Source of the DNA: Amoebophrya sp. A120
Lineage: Eukaryota > Protista > Dinoflagellata
DNA: 64,000 nucleotides
NCBI GenBank assembly: GCA_905178155.1
Contig: CAJINV010000003.1
Location: 455,091 to 519,090, forward strand
Direction of reading: 5' to 3'
Shown here: positions 60,245-64,000 of the stretch, in pieces
Layout of the letters: each line of letters opens with the position of its first letter
Position numbering within the stretch: the stretch's first letter is position 1
The notes under the pieces: generated by a model
Seen by the model: only the letters and a program-made list of their open reading frames with translations
What the model was told of the DNA's origin: nothing
Database searches by the model: none
Made by a program: the position numbers and the translations under genes

Positions 60245-63200
60245 ATGAGTGAACTCGCGGTGGCCCGGTCGGACGCGCACTACGAGGCGTTACGACGCGC
60301 GTACGACGAGCGAGTGAAGAGCTTGTCAAGAAAGTTGCGCGGAGGTTCGGCTGGGGGAACTGCGGCGGGGGTTGTAGTTTCGGCGGAGAGCAACACGATG
60401 ATATCCAGTTCGCCCGGAGACGAAAGCGAAATATCAAGTGCAAATATGTCTGGGTCTACTGGAAACTTGTGATGCTAGGTGGCGTACCATGTTCATGAGG
60501 AGGCCACAAGTGGTGGCTCAGCATGACAAGTTTCTGAGCTTCTAGGTGTTGCCTATTCTGCATGACAAACTGCGTACCTGCATGATAGAAAAATGGGGCT
60601 CTTGGGTAAGATGCATGACAGATTTAAGAGTCATGTCAGACAAGCATGACAAAAATGCATTCTTCCAGACCCAGACATATTTGTATTCCATAGGAAAGCA
60701 TGGATCACGATATTCGGATGGCGCCGGGGTCCACCGTCTCGACCGCACATCCGCCCTCCGCTTCGGACTTCGACAAAGTGCGCGAGGAACAGATTGACAC
60801 TCTGGTAGAGTTGTAATCTAGTGCGTCGAGGAGTAGAACAAGCGATTTCATAATTCAAGTACGAGAATGATAAATGAATCGATCCAGCCTGAAGCTGAAG
60901 CTGAACCACCTGATGAGACAAGTGAAATACATAGAAATTTTACTTAATATGACCAGGTCGAGAAAATGAGTGCCCTGTCCACACGAGAGCGCGACACGAG
61001 TCGAAGCAACGTGGAACTGAAGACGCAGCTGGACAAAACCAGCCAGACGCTGGAGGAGAAGCGCAAGGAGCAACAGAAGCTGCAGGCCCAGCTGGCAGAC
61101 ATGGAGCGCACCTCGCGGGCGGACCGGGACTATTTCGAAACTACGCGGGCAGAGGAGCAAAAGGAGCTGGAGAGTACTTCTTGTTCCTTCCTGACTGTCA
61201 GTTTTTTGCTCAGCAAGCAGTCGACCATCGCTACATGTGATTGAGAGGTGGACTAGTCTGCTGTTAACAGATGATCTATCATGATCATGGTCTACTTTTA
61301 TGCTTCTGTTAGTTTCTTTTTCCAGTACGTACCTGAAACTGTGTAACAGGGTTCCGGCAGCGGTGCCATTCTTTGGAAGCAGAAAACAAAACCCTTCGCG
61401 AGGAAAATGCGGAATTCGAAAAGAGGCTCGAGGCGCTGTATGATGAGCGGCAAAACATCCAGCAAGAAGTCATCAGCTGTACTATCATTCAGTACTGGTT
61501 CTTGGCCCTTTCTGTCCGCCCTCCATCTGTTCGCTTTCTATGTTGAAGATGCGGGTTCGACACATTAGAGATCATGCCGTTGGCATGCGCTACTTTCATC
61601 GCCTACAAGTAGAATCAGAAACACTTTTCTAACAGTTACGAAGCAGCAGGATTCCATTCAGGAGGAGCTGAAGCAGAGCCAGGAGCTGTTGCGCCAGTCG
61701 GAGCTCGAGCGGGCGAGTTTACGCGACCAGTACGTGCATGTCGGTGAAAAATTCGAGCGTCTTATGGACCTGGAGGAAAAGGAAAACGGCGACACCCTGC
61801 GGGAGCTCAATGTGCGGCTCAAGGGCTTGAAGACCGAGAAGGAAAAGCACAAGAAAAAGACCGACAGGATAATTGTGGATCTGGAAGAAGCGCTGAAGAC
61901 AAAGGAAGTCGGTATAACGAAAGAAGGATTCTTTATATTACAACGTAACTTTGCAGTTTTTATGTCCTTGTATTTTGAAAGCCGTTTGTTATTCTTTTTG
62001 TCTGCATCTCCATCTTCATGTGAAGGTCACGCCTTCAAATTTCAGTATCCGAATTCGCACTCCTGTAGTTCCTCGAGTTGAAATAAAACCATGAAATTGT
62101 TCAGAGTGTGACCGGCTCCAAGCCCTTGTGGACGAGGAGCGGTCCCGGCACCAGGAGAGCGAGCAGACCCTCCTGGAAACGCAGCGCAAAACCCTGCACG
62201 AGCACAACCTGGGCCTCGCGAAGCTGTCCGAAATGATGCCCATCGCGAGTCACCAGCAGATCTTGGAGGAAACGCGGCGCCACCACCACGCTGGGATGCT
62301 GGAACTGGAGCAGAACCTGCGCGGGCAGTATATGGCGTTCTCAAACGTTACATTTTCAACTGTTACGTGATTTGTCATGCAGAATGACCATGACCCGCCA
62401 GACGATCGAGCTGCTGGGCATGACAAATTCTTGGAGGGCTAAGCAGCACGAAACTCTGCACGAAACCTGTAATGCAAGACGCGCAAGGTTCTCCCTCTCA
62501 CCGGTGCTAGTCTTGCATTACAAATTCATGTAACAGTTGAGAATGTAACAGTTGAGAACGCCATACAGTACCAGAAGCAGCTCTCCGAGCAGAGCGAGCA
62601 GGAGGAGAGAAAGCAGAAGGAGTTCCAAGACACCCTCCTGCACGTCCGCACCGGGCTATGAGAGTGCACAACTAGAACTACACCCCGTCCCCCTCAATTG
62701 TCAATTGCATGGCACGAGCAGCAAGACAAACACCAATTTTACACGTGGAGCCTGTGCATGACAAGTTGTTCAAGGGCCGAATTTAGTACGGTTTGGGCTT
62801 CCGAAATTTGTCATGCAAACGGTTTTGCCACAAGGCACCAAATCAATTGATGGGGACTTTGCATTACAAATGAGGGAGAGGGGGAGCAGTTGTGCACTGT
62901 CATACGGCCTGAAGAAGCTCGAAGCGCAGCGGGACGACGCCTCGCGGAAGGCCAAGACCAGCGACGAAGAAAGCGTGAGCTTGCGGCAGCAGCTCCGCCG
63001 GGTCACCACGGAGGCCAAGGACCTGGAGGAGAGCAAGAAGCTGTTTGCGCAGAACCTGGAGGAGGCGAACAGCAATCTGGTCCGGCTCCGGCAGATGTGG
63101 GAGGAGGAGAAGTCGAACCGGTTGAGCGCGGAGAAAACGAACACGGAGTTGAAGCGCAAGCTCGCCGTGAAGGACGAATTTTTGAAGAAGGAGCGGGGCG

Positions 63201-63810
63201 TCTTGATGGAGGACCTGGAGCGGACCATCGGGAGCAAACTGCGGTGGGCCGAGGACGAAACGGAGCGCCTGCTGTCCAAAACGCAGTCCGCGGACCAGGA
63301 GACGGACCGTCTCCGCGCGGCGCTGGCCGCGAAGGACGCGAAGATCATCCAGATGCTGGACGACCGGTCGGATTTGGAGCGCAAGTTCGCGCGCGACCAG
63401 GCGGTGGGAAGGAAGGCAGTGGAGCTGCTTGTGAACTGCCAGCAAACCACGAAGTTGTTCTGCGACGCGGCGAGGAGAGAACTGGCCTTTCTGAAGAAGT
63501 CCGTACAGGAGGAGGTGCAGACGGTCTTCCATGACGTCCTGTCCACACGGTGCGCGTCGCTGCAGCAGATGCTGAAGCAGCAGGACCGGCAGTCGGAGAA
63601 AACGCGACTCAGCCTGAAACGGGAGATCGCAGACCAGTCTGAGAAAACGCTGTCGCAAAAGCAGCAGTACCAGGACATTCTGGCGCAGCAGCGCGCTGTC
63701 AACAAGCAGTTCGAGTTCGTCACAAAAGAACGAGACGAATTCAAGCGGAAACTGGACGCTGCAAAGGACAAACACCAAGAGCAGGAATTGTTGCTGGAAA
63801 GGATACTCAG
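60245..63810 (+). CDS. Long coiled-coil protein, at least 8 exons, continues beyond the window
   Basis: GC3-rich E/K/Q/L/R exons at about 60245-60427, 60694-60804, 60957-61173, 61350-61468, 61662-61911, 62106-62330, 62571-62652 and 62906-63810. They are separated by four GT-AG introns and three TIR introners, with a further donor at 63811. Confidence 0.8.
60432..60692. mobile_element. Introner C: older copy of the introner B family
   Basis: Left arm tatcaagtgcaaatatgtctgggtct versus right arm agacccagacatatttgtattccata, with a 17-bp perfect core (60441-60457 and 60667-60683). Flanks are CGAAA and GGAAA. It shares the TIR core and aacttgtgatgct with B. Removing 266 nt restores ...GDES|ESMDHDIR. 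Confidence 0.88.
62331..62565. mobile_element. Introner D: about 51-bp imperfect TIR with a 15-bp tandem repeat, perfect CAGTA direct repeat
   Basis: tatggcgttctcaa...ttgagaacgccata (outer 14 bp perfect). CAGTA occurs at 62326-62330 and 62566-62570. Removing 240 nt gives ...NLRGQY|QKQLSEQ. Confidence 0.92.
62657..62904. mobile_element. Introner E: 17-bp TIR (1 mismatch) with weaker inner extension
   Basis: tatgagagtgcacaact (62657-62673) versus agttgtgcactgtcata (62888-62904). Flanks are CGGGC and CGGCC. Removing 253 nt gives ...LHVRT|GLKKLEAQRD. Confidence 0.88.
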
Positions 63811-64000
63811 GTACAACGTGTGTTTTGTTTCATCAAATCGGGCCACGGTCTTTGTATCTCGAACGCCGCGCCACCACGTCACACGATCAGTATGATATGA
63901 AATGCAAGGTAAGTAAAGACGAGCTGAAGATGAATCTTTCTTCAAAATCATGGAAGCTCCACATCGACATAGTACAATATTACAAGTCTAACAAGACGCA

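Noticed and set aside
61815-61823. ggctcaag resembling the 3' end of the dinoflagellate spliced leader
   Set aside because: It lies within a coding exon (RLK) and lacks the rest of the leader. No convincing SL relic was seen.
62770-63951. Long minus-strand ORFs (393 aa here; also 16943-17716 and 11918-12613)
   Set aside because: They are antisense shadows of GC3-rich or low-complexity + strand coding exons.
1-64000. Stop-codon reassignment, as reported for one Amoebophrya lineage
   Set aside because: Multi-kilobase ORFs are open in the standard code, and stops within genes are explained by introns.
1-64000. CRISPR arrays, rRNA, tRNA or prokaryotic operons
   Set aside because: No repeat-spacer arrays or recognisable structural RNA genes were seen by eye, and the DNA is spliceosomal-intron-containing eukaryotic sequence.

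Overview
Eukaryotic, gene-dense DNA in the standard genetic code. I count about 13 mostly intron-containing protein genes, all on the + strand, many with long Ser/Ala/Gly/Thr/Gln low-complexity tracts. This organisation, plus introns bounded by terminal inverted repeats (TIRs), is most like the parasitic syndinian dinoflagellate Amoebophrya; the taxon is inferred, not proven. Recognisable genes are a divergent XPB/Rad25-like SF2 helicase, a nucleoplasmin-like/FKBP prolyl isomerase, an RNI-type LRR protein and two coiled-coil proteins. There is also a small Cys-rich secreted protein and a small membrane protein that aligns without gaps to my recollection of the plant TAXIMIN family. The main discovery is five MITE-like introner elements (109-263 bp) inside coding exons of three genes. 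They have four different TIR sequences but share TAT...ATA termini, a 4-5 bp flanking direct repeat and a repeated internal 9-mer, TTGT(A/C/G)ATGC. Each must be removed from the RNA, mostly at non-GT-AG junctions, to restore the reading frame. All gene models and alignments were made by eye.
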